DNA of 64,000 nucleotides from Deltaproteobacteria bacterium (GTDB lineage Bacteria; Bdellovibrionota; FAC87; UBA2466): NCBI GenBank assembly GCA_900299195.1, contig OMIX01000089.1, positions 2,892 to 66,891 of the forward strand, read 5' to 3'. Shown piece by piece: positions 63,356 to 64,000 of this stretch (position 1 is its first letter; each line of letters starts with the position of its first letter). The notes under the pieces were generated by a model. It saw only the letters and a program-made list of their open reading frames with translations, ran no database searches and was not told where the DNA came from. The position numbers and the translations under genes were made by a program.

Positions 63356-64000
63356 ATGAATCAGCTTGTAAAGGCCGAGGAGAGTTTACTCTATTTTAAC
63401 TCGGCCAATCTTTCCATTTGCCCACCTACCATTTTGGAAGCCACCGAGAGATATCGTCGAGAATTTGAAAAAAACCCCACTCAAGGACTTAAAAATGCTT
63501 GGAAACAACTGTGGCAAGTTCAAACCTCCCTCGCAGAGTTTTTTGGCGCTAGGCCTAAAGATCTTATTTTGAGAACTAACGTCACTGAAGTCCTTAATAC
63601 GTTCATTTTAGGTTACCCGTTACAGCCAAAAGATGAAATTTTGATAGGAGAACTCGAATACGGCGCGATTGGCAATATCTGTCAATTTAGGGCTCAACGA
63701 GACAACTTGAATTTAAGAGTATTAAAAATTCCACAAAGCCAGGCTGCTTTAGCATCGATGACCGAAGACAGCCTAGTGGATCTCATTTGCTCTCAATTCT
63801 CCCCCCAAACTCGGGTGTTAGTCATAAGTCATGTCATTGCGAGCCTAGGGTTAAAAATTCCCATTGAAAAGTTGGGTAAGACAACCCGGAAGTTAGGTAT
63901 CGCGCTCATTATTGATGGAGCCTATGCCCCAGGCGCCATCCCAATCAATTTTGAATGCTTGGATGAAATCGACTTTTATGGCTGCAGTCTTTACAAATGG
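63356..64000 (+). CDS. Class V aminotransferase-fold PLP enzyme (cysteine desulfurase / isopenicillin-N-epimerase-like), 3' end outside window
   Basis: ATG at 63356, open to the window end (215 codons). VISHVIASLG, IIDGAYAPG, and YGCSLYKW approaching the PLP-Lys region. Confidence 0.7.
   Translation, partial: MNQLVKAEESLLYFNSANLSICPPTILEATERYRREFEKNPTQGLKNAWKQLWQVQTSLAEFFGARPKDLILRTNVTEVLNTFILGYPLQPKDEILIGELEYGAIGNICQFRAQRDNLNLRVLKIPQSQAALASMTEDSLVDLICSQFSPQTRVLVISHVIASLGLKIPIEKLGKTTRKLGIALIIDGAYAPGAIPINFECLDEIDFYGCSLYKW

Noticed and set aside
1-64000. CRISPR arrays, IS elements, integrases, prophage genes, rRNA
   Set aside because: I saw no regularly spaced short repeats, no transposase, integrase or phage structural motifs in any listed ORF, and no rRNA-like sequence. 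The manual scan cannot exclude short or degenerate elements.

Overview
64 kb chromosomal window from a moderately AT-rich diderm (Gram-negative) bacterium, with about 65 protein genes, 2 tRNAs, and no rRNA, CRISPR array, transposase or integrase. The gene content includes a Host_attach-family protein, many signal-peptide or lipobox proteins of unknown function, a delta-60-repeat surface lipoprotein, and KdsA/GmhB/Wzm-Wzt LPS genes. This would fit a Bdellovibrio-like or Oligoflexia-like organism, but that taxonomy is inference only. Housekeeping blocks: recQ, an ABC-F ATPase with bcp, gap-pgk-tpiA-secG-tRNA-Leu(GAG)-tRNA-Val(CAC), a yhaM-like gene, an IMPase-family gene, glmS and kdsA. A cell-surface polysaccharide region (40.8-56.6 kb) holds an epimerase, GT2, HddA-like kinase, SDR, two GmhB-type phosphatases, fcl, an acyltransferase-3 gene, wzm/wzt and a large repeat-rich surface lipoprotein. 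Accessory stretches worth a second look: (1) a Sec-exported, hyper-cationic Cys/Arg-rich mini-protein gene in a local GC spike (11.0-11.3 kb); (2) a lipobox-bearing Hanks-type kinase, a transglutaminase-like protein and a secreted Pol-beta-type nucleotidyltransferase next to the tRNA pair (26.4-29.3 kb); (3) a 35-bp duplication of the glmS 3' end flanking an AT-rich O-acyltransferase cassette (48.7-50.0 kb); (4) periplasmic redox/metal genes, namely a two-CxxCH protein and a YtkA-like gene coupled to a diheme peroxidase (17.8-24 kb); (5) a lipoprotein / beta-barrel / M16-pair operon with a paralogous barrel elsewhere; (6) a split heptose pathway with a dedicated transaldolase. All functional calls come from motif reading by eye. 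No database search was possible.
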